Part shown: piece after piece, positions 40,968-51,525 of the stretch
How positions within the stretch are numbered: position 1 is the stretch's first letter
How the letters are laid out: each line of letters opens with the position of its first letter
Source of the DNA: Nitrincola sp.
Lineage (GTDB): Bacteria > Pseudomonadota > Gammaproteobacteria > Pseudomonadales > Balneatricaceae
DNA: 64,000 bases
NCBI RefSeq assembly: GCF_048264025.1
Contig: NZ_JBLXDN010000004.1
Coordinates: 30,026-94,025 of the forward strand
Direction: 5' to 3'
The notes under the pieces: generated by a model
Seen by the model: only the letters and a program-made list of their open reading frames with translations
The model's database searches: none
What the model was told of the DNA's origin: nothing
Position numbers and translations under genes: made by a program

Positions 40968-41462
40968 ATGATCAAAATGAATAAACTTCGTTCTTCACTA
41001 TTACTGACTTTATTTTTTTCGTCAGTGACCTTCGCACAAACACCGCAAACAACAGAGTATCAGGACTGGGTTGGCATTTGTGCTGAGGTTCAGGGTCAAG
41101 AGCGTTGTGAAATACAGCAAGTGCTGAATATGGAGAACGAACAGGGTAATACTCGACTGCTCAGAGCAACAATAAGCAAGCTAGATAATCAGTTGATTAT
41201 GCAACTGCTTTTGCCTCTGGGACTGGATGTTCGTCCGGGCGTAGTGATGCAGATCGATGAAGGTGCCGAGTTTGGCGCGCCATTTTTGACCTGCGTTCAG
41301 GAAGGTTGTCTGGTTGCAGTACCCCTGGACGAAAATCGCTTGACTGAACTGCGTTCGGGTAGTGTTGCCAAGGTGGGTTTCCGGCCTTTTAATACAGAAC
41401 AAACACTGGTAGTAGAACTCTCGTTGATGGGCTTTACGCGTGCCAGCCAGACGGTAAAATAA
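40968..41462 (+). CDS. Invasion-associated locus B (IalB)-family periplasmic protein
   Basis: Signal peptide LLLTLFFSSVTFAQ. YQDWVGICAEVQGQERCEIQQ ... FLTCVQEGCLVAVPLDENRLTELRSGSVAKVGF is the IalB pattern. ATG 40977 is an alternative start. Confidence 0.75.
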   Translation: MIKMNKLRSSLLLTLFFSSVTFAQTPQTTEYQDWVGICAEVQGQERCEIQQVLNMENEQGNTRLLRATISKLDNQLIMQLLLPLGLDVRPGVVMQIDEGAEFGAPFLTCVQEGCLVAVPLDENRLTELRSGSVAKVGFRPFNTEQTLVVELSLMGFTRASQTVK

Positions 41463-41566
41463 TCTCAACGCATTGGGATGTTGCAAATCAAGGTTAGGCC
41501 GTATTCGGGTTTAGTTTAAGTGATTTTTTGCTATGCTAAGGTTAGTGTATTCAAATTGAATTTTGT

Positions 41567-42355
41567 TTGAAAAGGAGCCTTGTATTGGCTACCCAGTTTC
41601 CAGAATCCTTGACTAAACCCGGTTGCGGCTATTGTTTTGTTCCATTGGGCTTCGAGTTTACGTTTGCTTTTCAACCCATTGTGGATATGGAAGCGCGTGA
41701 GATTTTTGGCTATGAAGCCTTGGTGCGAGGCCCCCAGGCTGAATCCGCTTATAGTATTCTTAATCGTATCAATGATGAAAATCGCTATGCTTTTGACCAG
41801 GCTTGCCGGGTTAAGGCTATCCACCTGGCCAGTGAGTTAGGGCTGGATAAGGTATTAAGCATCAACTTTTTGCCTAATGCGGTGTATGAACCGGCGCATT
41901 GTATTCGCAGTACCCTGGCGGCCGCGCGAGAAAGTGGTTTTCCGATTGAAAAGCTCATGTTTGAAATTACCGAATCAGAATATGTGTATGATCGGGCTCA
42001 CCTGACCAATATTTTTAAGCATTATGAAAAACAGGGCTTTATTACCGCGCTGGATGACTTTGGTGCCGGCCATGCCGGGCTGAATATGCTGGCCAGCTTT
42101 ATACCCCAAATCCTCAAAATCGATATGGAGCTAGTGCGTGATATCGATAGCCATTCCGTCAAGCAGATTATTGTTGAGGGTCTGCTTGGCATGTGTGCAA
42201 AGTTAGGGATTACAGTGCTGGCTGAAGGCGTGGAAACCGAAGCCGAAATGCTGTACTTCCGTAAGCATGGGGTTAGGTTGATGCAGGGTTACTATTTTGC
42301 CAAGCCAGGATTTGAAAGCCTGCCCGGATATGATTTTTCTACACAGTCAATCTGA
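41567..42355 (+). CDS. Stand-alone EAL-domain c-di-GMP phosphodiesterase (start codon uncertain: TTG 41567 or TTG 41584)
   Basis: FQPIVD, YEALVRG, NFLPNA, FEITESE, DDFGAGHAGLNMLA, LKIDMELVRD, AEGVETE and QGYYFAKP: all canonical EAL catalytic motifs are present. Confidence 0.85.
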   Translation: MKRSLVLATQFPESLTKPGCGYCFVPLGFEFTFAFQPIVDMEAREIFGYEALVRGPQAESAYSILNRINDENRYAFDQACRVKAIHLASELGLDKVLSINFLPNAVYEPAHCIRSTLAAARESGFPIEKLMFEITESEYVYDRAHLTNIFKHYEKQGFITALDDFGAGHAGLNMLASFIPQILKIDMELVRDIDSHSVKQIIVEGLLGMCAKLGITVLAEGVETEAEMLYFRKHGVRLMQGYYFAKPGFESLPGYDFSTQSI

Positions 42356-42425
42356 CGCTTTTTGTTATACGTAACCTGTTGATCAGATGCTAGCATGCCA
42401 GTTTTTACTCAGTGGTATGCCTAGT

Positions 42426-42899
42426 ATGAAAGCGTTTTTGTTTCGTTATCCTAACCTGTTTCGTCGAGTGATGAATCTCTGGCCGCCACTGTTTTTTAGT
42501 GGCATCAAGCTGGTAACCATCAGTTCTGACTTCCGTTCGGCACGAGTGGATCTGAAGTGGCGCCCCTGGACTAAAAATATCAATGCCAGCCAGTATGGCG
42601 GCAGTCTCTTCTCTATGACTGATCCTTACTACGCCCTGTTGTTGTTCGGTTGTCTGGGCTATGAGCGCTATATTATCTGGGATAAATCAGCCGATATCGA
42701 TTTTATTTCACCTGGTATCGGACGTCTGACTGCCGAGTTTCATCTTGAGGATGAGCAACTGCACCAGATTCGTGAAATGACCGCTGAGGGCGATAAGTGT
42801 TTTCCTGAGTTTGTGGTGTATATTCGCGATCAGCAGGGCACCCTGGTTGCCAAGGTGACCCGACGTCTGTATGTGCGTTTACATGCGAAGCACCGTTAA
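42426..42899 (+). CDS. DUF4442 / hotdog-fold thioesterase-like protein
   Basis: MKAFLFRYPNLFRRVMNLWPPLFFSGIKLVTISSDFRSARVDLKWRPWTKN...GGSLFSMTDPYYALLL resembles the DUF4442 (YiiD C-terminal-like) family. Start chosen at ATG 42426. Confidence 0.6.
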   Translation: MKAFLFRYPNLFRRVMNLWPPLFFSGIKLVTISSDFRSARVDLKWRPWTKNINASQYGGSLFSMTDPYYALLLFGCLGYERYIIWDKSADIDFISPGIGRLTAEFHLEDEQLHQIREMTAEGDKCFPEFVVYIRDQQGTLVAKVTRRLYVRLHAKHR

Positions 42900-42901
42900 A
42901 C

Positions 42902-43921
42902 TCAACTGACTTTACGTGGATCAAAGGCATCACGCACGGCTTCACCGATAAAAATCAGCAGGGTCAGCATCAGTGCCAGGGTAAAGAAGGCTGATAGCCC
43001 CAACCAGGGCGCATGCAGGTTTTCTTTACCCTGAGCGACTAACTCACCCAGCGAGGGTGAACCGGGCGGCAGACCAAAGCCCAGGAAGTCCAGAGCTGTC
43101 AGGGTGACAATCGAGCCATTGAAAATGAACGGCATGAAGGTCAGAGTGGCTACCATCGCATTGGGCAGTACATGGCGGAACATGATCGTTGAGTTGCCTA
43201 ACCCTAAGGCTCTGGCGGCACGTACATATTCCAGATTGCGTCCTCGCAGAAACTCAGCACGCACCACATCGACCAGTTGCATCCAGGAAAACAGCAACAT
43301 GATTCCCAGCAGCCACCAGAAGTTGGGTTCAACAAGGCTGGCAAGAATGATCAACAGAAACAGCACCGGTAAGCCTGACCAGATCTCAATAAAGCGTTGA
43401 AACAGTAGGTCAACCTTACCGCCGTAATATCCCTGTACAGCCCCTGCGGCGACGCCAATGACGGAACTGGCCAGTGTCAGAACCAAGGCAAACACAATCG
43501 AGATACGGAAACCATAGATCACCCGTGCCATCACATCGCGGGCCTGATCATCGGTACCCAGCCAGTTCTCCCAGGAAGGTGGAGAGGGAGCGGGTGAGGG
43601 CAAGTCATAGTTGATGGTCTGGTAGTGATAACGGATCATCGGCCAGACCATCCAGCCGCCAGCATCTTCAATCAGGGATTGTATAAACGGATCACGAAAA
43701 TCGGCAGGCGCATCAAACTCTCCCCCGAACTCCAGCTCAGAGTAGTTATTGAAAACAGGTGAATAGAGACTGCCTTGATAACTGACCAGTATTGGCTTGT
43801 TGTTGGCAATCAGCTCGGCACCTAATGACAGGATAAATAATGCCAGAAAAATCCACAGCGACCAGAAACCCCGGCGGTTGCGGCAGAAAGCATCGATGCG
43901 GCGGCGCATAATCGGCGTCAT
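42902..43921 (-). CDS. yejE: Microcin C / oligopeptide-type ABC transporter permease YejE
   Basis: Collinear with E. coli YejE: NRRGFWSLWIFLALFILSLGAELIANNKP, NWLGTDDQARDVMARVIYGFRISIVF, VQGYYGGKVDLLFQRFIEIWSGLP. Confidence 0.85.
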   Translation of the reverse strand: MTPIMRRRIDAFCRNRRGFWSLWIFLALFILSLGAELIANNKPILVSYQGSLYSPVFNNYSELEFGGEFDAPADFRDPFIQSLIEDAGGWMVWPMIRYHYQTINYDLPSPAPSPPSWENWLGTDDQARDVMARVIYGFRISIVFALVLTLASSVIGVAAGAVQGYYGGKVDLLFQRFIEIWSGLPVLFLLIILASLVEPNFWWLLGIMLLFSWMQLVDVVRAEFLRGRNLEYVRAARALGLGNSTIMFRHVLPNAMVATLTFMPFIFNGSIVTLTALDFLGFGLPPGSPSLGELVAQGKENLHAPWLGLSAFFTLALMLTLLIFIGEAVRDAFDPRKVS

Positions 43922-43923
43922 GA

Positions 43924-45015
43924 TCAGCCCTCCCTGCTACTGAAGTCGATACGCGGGTCGACCAGCGTATAGGTGATGTCACTCACTAGCTTGAGCAACA
44001 AACCGACCAGGGTGAAGATATACAGTGTACCGAAGATTATCGGATAATCACGGCGAATAACGGCTTCGTAACCCAGTAATCCTAGCCCGTCGAGTGAGAA
44101 GATGACTTCGATAAGCAGCGAGCCGGTAAAGAAGATACCGATCAAGGCGGCAGGCATGCCGGCAATAATCAGTAGCATAGCGTTGCGAAACACATGGCCG
44201 TAAAGCACACGGTTTTCTTTCAGGCCTTTAGCTTTAGCAGTTAGCACATACTGTTTGTGAATTTCATCCAGAAATGCATTCTTGGTCAGCATCGTCAAGG
44301 TGGCGAAGCTGGAAATTACCGATGCAAGTACCGGCAGCGAAAGATGCCAGAAGTAATCGCCAATTTTTTGTAGCAGTGTCATTTCATCAAAGTTGGCTGA
44401 TGTCAGGCCTCGTAGCGGAAACCAGTCAAAGTAAGTGCCTCCAGCGAACAGTACGATCAACAGGATGGCAAATAAAAAGTTGGGGATTGCATAGCCGATA
44501 ATGATCGCGCTACTGGTCCACATATCAAACGCGGTGCCATCACGGACAGCTTTACGTATGCCCAGAGGGATAGATACCAGGTAGGCGATCAGTGTGGTCC
44601 AAAGCCCGAGTGATATGGATACCGGCATTTTTTCAATGATCAGTTCCATTACGGTTTTATTGCTGTAAAAGCTGCTGCCAAAATCAAATTTCAGGTAGCT
44701 GACCAGCATCTGCATAAAGCGCTCATGTGCGGGCTTATCGAAACCATACATTTTTTCGATTTCGGCAATCAGAGAAGGATCCAGCCCCTGCGCGCCTCGG
44801 TAGCCTGTTCCTCCTGAGGATGGTGCTGAAGCCAGGTCAGAGCTAGGGCTGCTGCCAATACGCTCTCCAGCCGTATCGCCAAAGCCTTGCAGGTGCGCAA
44901 GGGTCTGTTCAACCGGTCCGCCGGGTGCCAACTGTACGATTAAAAAGTTCAGCAGCAATATACCGAACAGTGTGGGAATAATCAGCAGTAAACGTCGGAC
45001 AATGTAGGCGACCAT
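43924..45015 (-). CDS. yejB: ABC transporter permease YejB
   Basis: Collinear with E. coli YejB: [118 protein letters not shown]. Confidence 0.9.
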   Translation of the reverse strand: MVAYIVRRLLLIIPTLFGILLLNFLIVQLAPGGPVEQTLAHLQGFGDTAGERIGSSPSSDLASAPSSGGTGYRGAQGLDPSLIAEIEKMYGFDKPAHERFMQMLVSYLKFDFGSSFYSNKTVMELIIEKMPVSISLGLWTTLIAYLVSIPLGIRKAVRDGTAFDMWTSSAIIIGYAIPNFLFAILLIVLFAGGTYFDWFPLRGLTSANFDEMTLLQKIGDYFWHLSLPVLASVISSFATLTMLTKNAFLDEIHKQYVLTAKAKGLKENRVLYGHVFRNAMLLIIAGMPAALIGIFFTGSLLIEVIFSLDGLGLLGYEAVIRRDYPIIFGTLYIFTLVGLLLKLVSDITYTLVDPRIDFSSREG

Positions 45016-46814
45016 CAGGGTTTAATCCACCAGGTATCAAAACCTATTGCATGGTTTGGGCGAATATCGGGTATACCGAACTTGTTCCAGTAGGCAATAC
45101 GGTAAGCGTTAGTGTGATAATGCGGAATAACATAATGATTCCATTGCAAAGCACGGTCAAGTGCTCTGGCTCTGTAGACTAGCTGCTCTCGATCAGGTGC
45201 CTGTATCAATTGTTCAACCAGGTGGTCTATGGCGGGGTTGCGGATACCTATTATATTGCGACTACCCTGGCGTTCAGCGCTGGATGAATGCCAGTATTCG
45301 CGTTGTTCATTGCCCGGCGAATTTGACTGGGCAAAGCTGCCCACGACCATATCAAAGTCATAATCACGCAGACGATTGATGTATTGAGAAATATCCACTA
45401 CGCGAATGCTAACCTGAATGCCCATGCGTTCCAGGTTGCGGATAAAGGGCGAGATCAGGCGTTCCAGGTTATTTTGAAAAATAAGTATTTCAAAACGAAA
45501 GGGTTGGCCTTGCTCATTGCGGAGTACGCCCTGATCCAGGTTCCAGCCGGATTTGGCCAGTAGTCGTAACCCTTCACGTATCTGCGTACGTATATTACCG
45601 TCGCCATCGGTTTGTGGCGCACGATAAACCTGGGTAAAGACTTCTTCTGGCAGTTGTTCCCTTAGTGGTTCCAGTATCGCCAGCTCTTCTGCACTGGGCA
45701 GTTCATCAGCGGCCATCTCCGAGTTGGAAAAATAGCTATGGCTGCGCTTGTAGGCATCGTAAAAAATAGCGCGATTGGTCCATTCAAAATCGAAAGCGTG
45801 CGCCAGGGCATAACGTACCTGCGCATCTTCAAAGAGCGAGCGCCGGGTATTCATTACAAAAGCCTGCATGCCGGTAGGATTTTCATGCTCAATGGATTCT
45901 TTGATTATCCGTCCTTCGTTCAGCGCTGAGCCAGTATAGCCGGTAGCCCAGTTCTTTGCGGCATATTCGGTGCGGAAGTCATACCGGCCTGCCTTGAAGG
46001 CTTCCAGTGCCACGGTGCCGTCGCGATAATAATCAAATACCCATTCATCAAAATTATACCGTCCCCGTTGTACCGGCAGGTCTTTACCCCAATAGTCAGG
46101 GTTACGTTTATAGGTGATGGAACGTCCTGGGTCGTAGCTGGCTAGTAGATAAGGTCCTGAGCCGATGGGTACTTCCAGGCCAGACTCTTCAAAGTTGCGC
46201 TGATCCCAGAAGTGCTTTGGCAGTACCGGTACTTCACCGACAATCAGCGCCAGTTCACGGTTTTCTGTTTCAGCAAACTCAAACCGAACGCGGTGACTAC
46301 TGAGTGCTTCGATGCGAGTGATGTCAGCATAGTAAGCACGATAAAATGGGCTGCCTTTTTCTCGTAGTAACTGAAAGGTGTTTACCACATCTTCGGCAGT
46401 GACCGGCACACCATCACTGAACACGGCCTCTTTACGCAGTTCAAATTCGATCCAGCGACGATCATCCGGCAGGGTGATGTGTTCAGCCAGGAGTCCGTAT
46501 ACAGAAAAAGGCTCGTCATCGGATTTTGTGGTCAGACTGTCATACAGCAGGCCGATCCCATCAGCCGGGGTGCCTTTAACTATGAATGGATTGAAGCTGT
46601 CAAAGCTGCTGCCAGCCGCTGCTTGCGCAACGCGGCCGCCTTTGGGTGCGTCAGGGTTAACATATTCAAAGTGGGGAAAGTCAGCAGGGTATTTAAGATC
46701 ACCATGCATGGCGATGCCATGAGTGGTGGTTGTGTCTGCAAAACTCCAACTGCTGAGGCTAAAAAAAAGGATGCTTGCCGTGATGCGTGTAGTGTGTTGC
46801 AGGCGTTTTATCAT
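45015..46814 (-). CDS. yejA: Periplasmic solute-binding protein (family 5) YejA
   Basis: Signal peptide, ~600 aa, family-5 SBP motifs. It heads the yejA-yejB-yejE order with start/stop overlaps. Confidence 0.8.
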   Translation of the reverse strand: MIKRLQHTTRITASILFFSLSSWSFADTTTTHGIAMHGDLKYPADFPHFEYVNPDAPKGGRVAQAAAGSSFDSFNPFIVKGTPADGIGLLYDSLTTKSDDEPFSVYGLLAEHITLPDDRRWIEFELRKEAVFSDGVPVTAEDVVNTFQLLREKGSPFYRAYYADITRIEALSSHRVRFEFAETENRELALIVGEVPVLPKHFWDQRNFEESGLEVPIGSGPYLLASYDPGRSITYKRNPDYWGKDLPVQRGRYNFDEWVFDYYRDGTVALEAFKAGRYDFRTEYAAKNWATGYTGSALNEGRIIKESIEHENPTGMQAFVMNTRRSLFEDAQVRYALAHAFDFEWTNRAIFYDAYKRSHSYFSNSEMAADELPSAEELAILEPLREQLPEEVFTQVYRAPQTDGDGNIRTQIREGLRLLAKSGWNLDQGVLRNEQGQPFRFEILIFQNNLERLISPFIRNLERMGIQVSIRVVDISQYINRLRDYDFDMVVGSFAQSNSPGNEQREYWHSSSAERQGSRNIIGIRNPAIDHLVEQLIQAPDREQLVYRARALDRALQWNHYVIPHYHTNAYRIAYWNKFGIPDIRPNHAIGFDTWWIKP

Positions 46815-46820
46815 AGAGTC

Positions 46821-48014
46821 TTAACCTGATTCAGACCTTGTAGTTTTGAGTGCTATATTGGTGCTGTCAGCCGGAACAAGCAAGGTCTGGCCGACACGAA
46901 TGTTGGTGGTGTTTAATTTATTTGCCTGTTGTAACGCCGAAACGGTAGTGCTGTAACGTCGTGCAATAGCACCCAGCGTGTCGCCTGAATTAATGGTGTA
47001 GTGTTGATAATTAACCCGTTGTTCAGCGGGTAATGAAACCAGCGCGCTCTGGAATTGATCCGCTTGCTCAACCGGTACCAGCAGACGGTGTGGTCCCTCT
47101 GGTGCTGTTGCCCAGCGATTGAAGCCAGGGTTGAGGCGTTTCAGTTCCTCCAGGTCTATCTCTGCCAGTTCGGCTGCCTGAGATAGATCGAGTTGTCCAC
47201 CTGTATCAATTTCGGTGAAGTAAGGTTCAGCAGGGATGGCCTCTAGCTCAACCCCCAAACTGTCGGCATCACGAATCATTTTTGCTGTGGCCAGCAGTTT
47301 TGGAACATAACGCATCGTTTCACCAGGCAAGCGTAATGACCAGTAGTCAATAGGCTGATTGGCATTGTTGTTGCGCTTTATAGCGCGCAATACATTACCT
47401 TCACCCGCATTATAGGCTGCAAAGGTAAGCAACCAGTCACCATCAAACATATCGTTGAGCTTGGTTAGATAGGTCAGTGCGGCATCAGTGGAGGCAACTA
47501 TGTCACGACGGCCATCGTACCACCAGTTACTTTCCAGACCAAAGTTGCGAGCGGTACCAGGAATGAACTGCCAAGGGCCAGCCGCTCTAGCTGGAGAGAC
47601 TGCAAAAGGGTTGTAGCCGCTTTCTATGAATGGAATCAGAGCGACTTCAGCTGGCATGCTTCGCTCAATTACCTGCTCAAGAATATAGTGATAGTAGGGA
47701 AGTGCTCGGTGGCTTACGGCAGTCAAATGCTCAGGGTTTTCAGCTAGCCAGTCCAGCTCCCGTGTCACTCTGATATCCTCTCGGTCCAGTTCCAGAAGCA
47801 GGTGTTCTCGGGTCAGGTCCCAGGCGGTCACAGGTTCGATTTTTTGTTGAGATACACTACGCTTATACAAGTTACCCATGTGCATTCTGGAAATCAGTAG
47901 ACTCTGTTCATAGGTATTATGACTTATTTCTTGAGTGGGCTTACTGCTGCTGGCACAGCCGCTGATGACGGCCGCGGCAAGCAGAGAGAATAGACCTGTG
48001 CGTAATTTAGACAT
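46821..48014 (-). CDS. mltD: Membrane-bound lytic murein transglycosylase D-like lipoprotein with one LysM domain
   Basis: Lipobox LLAAAVISGCAS. SLT core LIPFIESGYNPFAVSPARAAGPWQFIPGTA ... AYNAGEGNV. LysM YTINSGDTLGAIARRYSTTVSALQQANKLNTTNIRVGQTLLVP. Position next to gloB as in E. coli. Confidence 0.8.
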   Translation of the reverse strand: MSKLRTGLFSLLAAAVISGCASSSKPTQEISHNTYEQSLLISRMHMGNLYKRSVSQQKIEPVTAWDLTREHLLLELDREDIRVTRELDWLAENPEHLTAVSHRALPYYHYILEQVIERSMPAEVALIPFIESGYNPFAVSPARAAGPWQFIPGTARNFGLESNWWYDGRRDIVASTDAALTYLTKLNDMFDGDWLLTFAAYNAGEGNVLRAIKRNNNANQPIDYWSLRLPGETMRYVPKLLATAKMIRDADSLGVELEAIPAEPYFTEIDTGGQLDLSQAAELAEIDLEELKRLNPGFNRWATAPEGPHRLLVPVEQADQFQSALVSLPAEQRVNYQHYTINSGDTLGAIARRYSTTVSALQQANKLNTTNIRVGQTLLVPADSTNIALKTTRSESG

Positions 48015-48077
48015 AAATAATCTGAACCTGAATGTGAACTTAACCGCACATTCTATCAGTCAAACACTCAGACGCAA

Positions 48078-48857
48078 TCAAAAACTGTTTTTCCATTCCC
48101 TCAACAGCGCTAAAGTTTGTGCTGGCGTGTCAGGATGTTCGCCGCTGTGACCATAAACCGTATGAATAACAGAGGTTTCACGGGTGCGCATGAAGGGGTT
48201 AATGGCTTTCTCCAGACCGATTCGAGACGGTAGTGTTGGCAGGTCCTGTTCGCGCATGCTGCGGCATTTTTCTGTCATCACGCGTATGTCCTGATTTTCG
48301 GGTTCAACAGCATGAGCAAATGCCAGATTGGACAGAGTGTATTCGTGTGCTGCGCAAACGCGGGTATCATCGGGCAGGCTGGCAAAGTAATCCATTGCTG
48401 CTTGCATCTGCTCGGCGGTGCCTTCAAAAAGTCGTCCGCAACCCGCCATGAACAGCGTATCACCACAGAGCAATAAAGCCGCAGACGGCGCATAATAGCT
48501 GATATGATCGAGGGTGTGTCCGGGAACGGCTTTGACTTCAAAAGCCGTATCAAGTAAACAAATCAGATTGCCTTCACTGAGTGGTTGAGTAATACCTTCA
48601 AAGGGAGAGTTGGAAGGCCCGTAGACGGGGCAGTAGTCATTTTGTTGCTGTAGCTCAGTGACGCCGCCGGTATGGTCTTCATGATGGTGGGTAATGAGTA
48701 TGGCAGCGAGATTTTTGTTATTTTCCTGAAGCCATTGCTGAACGCCTTCCGCACTGCCGGGGTCTACTATGATAACGCCTGAATCAGGGGCTTCAGGGTT
48801 ACAGATAGCCCATATATAATTGTCGTTGAATGCGGGGATGGGGGTCAGATTAAGCAT
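48078..48857 (-). CDS. gloB: Hydroxyacylglutathione hydrolase (glyoxalase II)
   Basis: IPAFNDNYIWAI, ILITHHHEDHTGG, VPGHTLDHISYY and CAHEYTLSNLAFA are typical GloB motifs. Confidence 0.9.
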   Translation of the reverse strand: MLNLTPIPAFNDNYIWAICNPEAPDSGVIIVDPGSAEGVQQWLQENNKNLAAILITHHHEDHTGGVTELQQQNDYCPVYGPSNSPFEGITQPLSEGNLICLLDTAFEVKAVPGHTLDHISYYAPSAALLLCGDTLFMAGCGRLFEGTAEQMQAAMDYFASLPDDTRVCAAHEYTLSNLAFAHAVEPENQDIRVMTEKCRSMREQDLPTLPSRIGLEKAINPFMRTRETSVIHTVYGHSGEHPDTPAQTLALLREWKNSF

Positions 48858-48978
48858 AATATGCTCCGGTTAATAAAACTTTAGCCTTAATCGATTGTAC
48901 TGTAATTAAGCATGGCATGTTTAGTCAGTGGGGAAATAATCTGCTGTAACCTGTCTTTCATACCACAGAGGACGCTGT

Positions 48979-49755
48979 ATGAGTCAAGCACAACACATCT
49001 CTGCCGAAGGCCTGACGGAAGGCCTTAAAGACTGGTTTGCTTCGCCACTAGGCCAGGAAATAGCAGCCTGTGAACGTCAGATGGCTGATCAGTTGATCCA
49101 TACAGCCTTTGGTTATCATCTGGTGCAAATAGGCTATGACGCTTCGGTGAAGCTGTATGAGCCGAGCCCGGTTTCGCATAAAGTGATGCTCTGTCCGCGG
49201 ATGTCATTGGGTATGGATGAACACACCATTATTGCTCAGCCGCATGAGTTACCCTTGCCTGATAGCACCATGGATGTTGTGATTCTGCACCATACACTGG
49301 ATTTTGCTGATCAGCCCCATCAGGTGTTGCGAGAAGCCTCGCGGGTATTGCGTCCTGGTGGTCATATGTTGATCGTGAGTTTCAATCCGACCAGCTTCTG
49401 GGGGATTTGTCGACGCAGTAAGCGTGGTGCCAGAGTGCCTTGGGTGGCGCATGGCTTCAGTCATTGGCGCTTGAATGACTGGGTGCGTTTGCTGGATTTG
49501 ACCGAACTCAAAAGTGTCAGTGCTTTTCATCGTCCACCACTGGAGAATGAACGTTGGCGCAAACGTATGGGTTTTCTTGAAAAATGGGTATCTCGCTTTC
49601 CTACCTACAGTGGCGTGGTGTTAATGATGTTAATCCGCAAGGATGTTGCGGGTGTTACCCCATTAAAACCTGCCTGGAAAACGCGTAAACTTATCCCTTT
49701 TCCGGTGGCTGAGCCATCGGCACGTAACAAAACCGCTCGAGGGAAGTCAGTTTGA
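48979..49755 (+). CDS. yafS: Class I SAM-dependent methyltransferase, YafS-like
   Basis: Similar to E. coli YafS ([57 protein letters not shown]). Conserved gloB / yafS-rnhA-dnaQ arrangement. Confidence 0.7.
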   Translation: MSQAQHISAEGLTEGLKDWFASPLGQEIAACERQMADQLIHTAFGYHLVQIGYDASVKLYEPSPVSHKVMLCPRMSLGMDEHTIIAQPHELPLPDSTMDVVILHHTLDFADQPHQVLREASRVLRPGGHMLIVSFNPTSFWGICRRSKRGARVPWVAHGFSHWRLNDWVRLLDLTELKSVSAFHRPPLENERWRKRMGFLEKWVSRFPTYSGVVLMMLIRKDVAGVTPLKPAWKTRKLIPFPVAEPSARNKTARGKSV

Positions 49756-50198
49756 GTCTAGTGGAAATATTTACCGATGGCGCTTGTAAGGGGAATCCTG
49801 GGCCAGGAGGTTGGGGTGCCTTGTTGCGCTATGAAGGTAAGCAGAAAGAGTTGTATGGTGGTGAGCCAGATACGACCAATAACCGCATGGAAATGACTGC
49901 CGCTGTGGAGGCGCTTAAATGCCTGAAGCGGCCCTGTCAGATACGTTTAACTACCGATTCGCAGTATTTACGTAAAGGGATTACCGAGTGGCTCAAGGGT
50001 TGGAAAAAAAACGGTTGGAAGACGGCCGCAAAGCAGCCAGTTAAAAATGCTGATCTATGGAAGGCGCTTGATGAACAGGTTGCTCGACATCAGGTCGAGT
50101 GGTGCTGGGTAAAGGGTCATAGTGGCCATGTGGAAAATGAGATAGCCGATACCTTGGCAAACCGTGGTGTCGATGAATTCGGTAGGCGAGAAGCGTAA
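49752..50198 (+). CDS. rnhA: Ribonuclease HI (start uncertain: TTG 49752 or GTG 49761)
   Basis: [89 protein letters not shown]. Confidence 0.9.
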   Translation: MSLVEIFTDGACKGNPGPGGWGALLRYEGKQKELYGGEPDTTNNRMEMTAAVEALKCLKRPCQIRLTTDSQYLRKGITEWLKGWKKNGWKTAAKQPVKNADLWKALDEQVARHQVEWCWVKGHSGHVENEIADTLANRGVDEFGRREA

Positions 50199-50932
50199 TG
50201 AGACAGATTATTCTGGATACGGAAACCACCGGTATCGATCCGGCACAGGGCCATAATATTATTGAAATCGGTTGTGTTGAGATGCAGTTACGCCGGCTTA
50301 CGGGTAATACCTATCATCAATATATCCAACCGGATCGTGAGATTGAAGCTGAAGCAATCGCTGTGCACGGGATCACCAATGCCGATCTTGCGGATAAGCC
50401 AAAATTTGCCGCCATCAGCGAGGCGTTTATTGAGTTTGTGCGTGGAGCTGAGCTGATCATTCATAACGCGGCCTTCGATATAGGCTTTCTGGATGCGGAG
50501 TTAGCGCGCAACGGTTATACCGAGCGGATGGAAGATATTTGCCCGAAGGTAACCGATACGCTGATGTTGGCTCGGAGGAAATTTCCAGGGCAAAAAAATA
50601 ATCTGGATGCACTGTGCCGTCGTTTTGGTGTTGAGCATTTTGACCGTGAGTTGCACGGGGCTTTACTGGATTCGAAAATCCTGGCAGAAGTCTATCTGCT
50701 GCTCACCGGTGGGCAAACGGCATTGGCGCTGGGGCAGGAGGGTGATAATGAAGATGACGACGGGGTGTTTGGTGTGCGTCCGGTTAACACTGAAAATCTG
50801 ACTTTCAGAGTGATTGAGCCTTCCGAAGCCGAACTGCAGGCGCACCAGGCGTTTCTAAATCTGCTGGATAAAAAATCAGCGGGTAATTGTGTCTGGCTTA
50901 AGCAGGATAGTGAATCTAAAACAGCAAGTTAG
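50198..50932 (+). CDS. dnaQ: DNA polymerase III epsilon subunit (3'-5' proofreading exonuclease)
   Basis: RQIILDTETTG, IIEIGCVE, LIIHNAAFDIGFLD and HGALLDSKILAEVYL (Exo I-III motifs). Start within TAATG after rnhA. Confidence 0.9.
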   Translation: MRQIILDTETTGIDPAQGHNIIEIGCVEMQLRRLTGNTYHQYIQPDREIEAEAIAVHGITNADLADKPKFAAISEAFIEFVRGAELIIHNAAFDIGFLDAELARNGYTERMEDICPKVTDTLMLARRKFPGQKNNLDALCRRFGVEHFDRELHGALLDSKILAEVYLLLTGGQTALALGQEGDNEDDDGVFGVRPVNTENLTFRVIEPSEAELQAHQAFLNLLDKKSAGNCVWLKQDSESKTAS

Positions 50933-50940
50933 GATTGATT

Positions 50941-51525
50941 ATGCAGGATTTACGTGAAGCTTTGTCGCAAGCCGTTGATGAGGATGAGTTTGCCGCATTG
51001 TCGCGCGAAGCGCAGTTAAGCCGTTGGCAGCAGCAGGCTCAGTTTTGTCATTGTTGTGCCTCGCCCTTGCAACCCCATGCCGAGGAGGCGATAGCGCGGG
51101 AGTGCACTCACTGCGGCCATGTGCATTACCCCCCTGTGTCGCCCTGCATCATCGTACTGATTACCAAGGGTGATCAATGCTTATTAGCGCATGCGGCCAA
51201 TTTCGCACCTGGACGCTACAGTACCCTGGCCGGTTTTATTGAGCCTGGCGAGACGGCCGAGCAAGCCGTTGCCAGGGAAGTGCGTGAAGAGGTCGGGATT
51301 GAAGTGACTAATATTCGTTACTTCAAAAGCCAGTCCTGGCCCTTTCCTCATTCACTGATGTTGGGCTTTTTTGCCGAATATGCAGGCGGGGAGTTGCAGC
51401 CTGATGGTGTGGAAATACTCGCTGCGGACTGGTTCTCGGCTGACAAAATGCCCTATATGCCACCGTCATTTTCTATATCACGGCAGCTAATCGAGCATTT
51501 TCTGACCGGACGAATCAACGACTAA
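50941..51525 (+). CDS. nudC: NAD+ diphosphatase (NADH pyrophosphatase), short form
   Basis: Zinc ribbon CHCCASP...CTHCGHVHYP. Nudix box GFIEPGETAEQAVAREVREEVGI. NudC signature SQSWPFPHSLMLGF. Confidence 0.8.
   Translation: MQDLREALSQAVDEDEFAALSREAQLSRWQQQAQFCHCCASPLQPHAEEAIARECTHCGHVHYPPVSPCIIVLITKGDQCLLAHAANFAPGRYSTLAGFIEPGETAEQAVAREVREEVGIEVTNIRYFKSQSWPFPHSLMLGFFAEYAGGELQPDGVEILAADWFSADKMPYMPPSFSISRQLIEHFLTGRIND

Noticed and set aside
42902-46814. The yejABE importer as part of the secretion cluster
   Set aside because: It is on the opposite strand and separated from the cluster by unrelated genes. It is collinear with the well-known E. coli peptide and microcin C uptake operon.
48858-48978. 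Inverted repeat CTTAAT ... ATTAAG in the divergent gloB / yafS intergenic region as a regulator binding site
   Set aside because: It is only 6 bp with a 14-nt spacer in AT-rich sequence, and is expected by chance.
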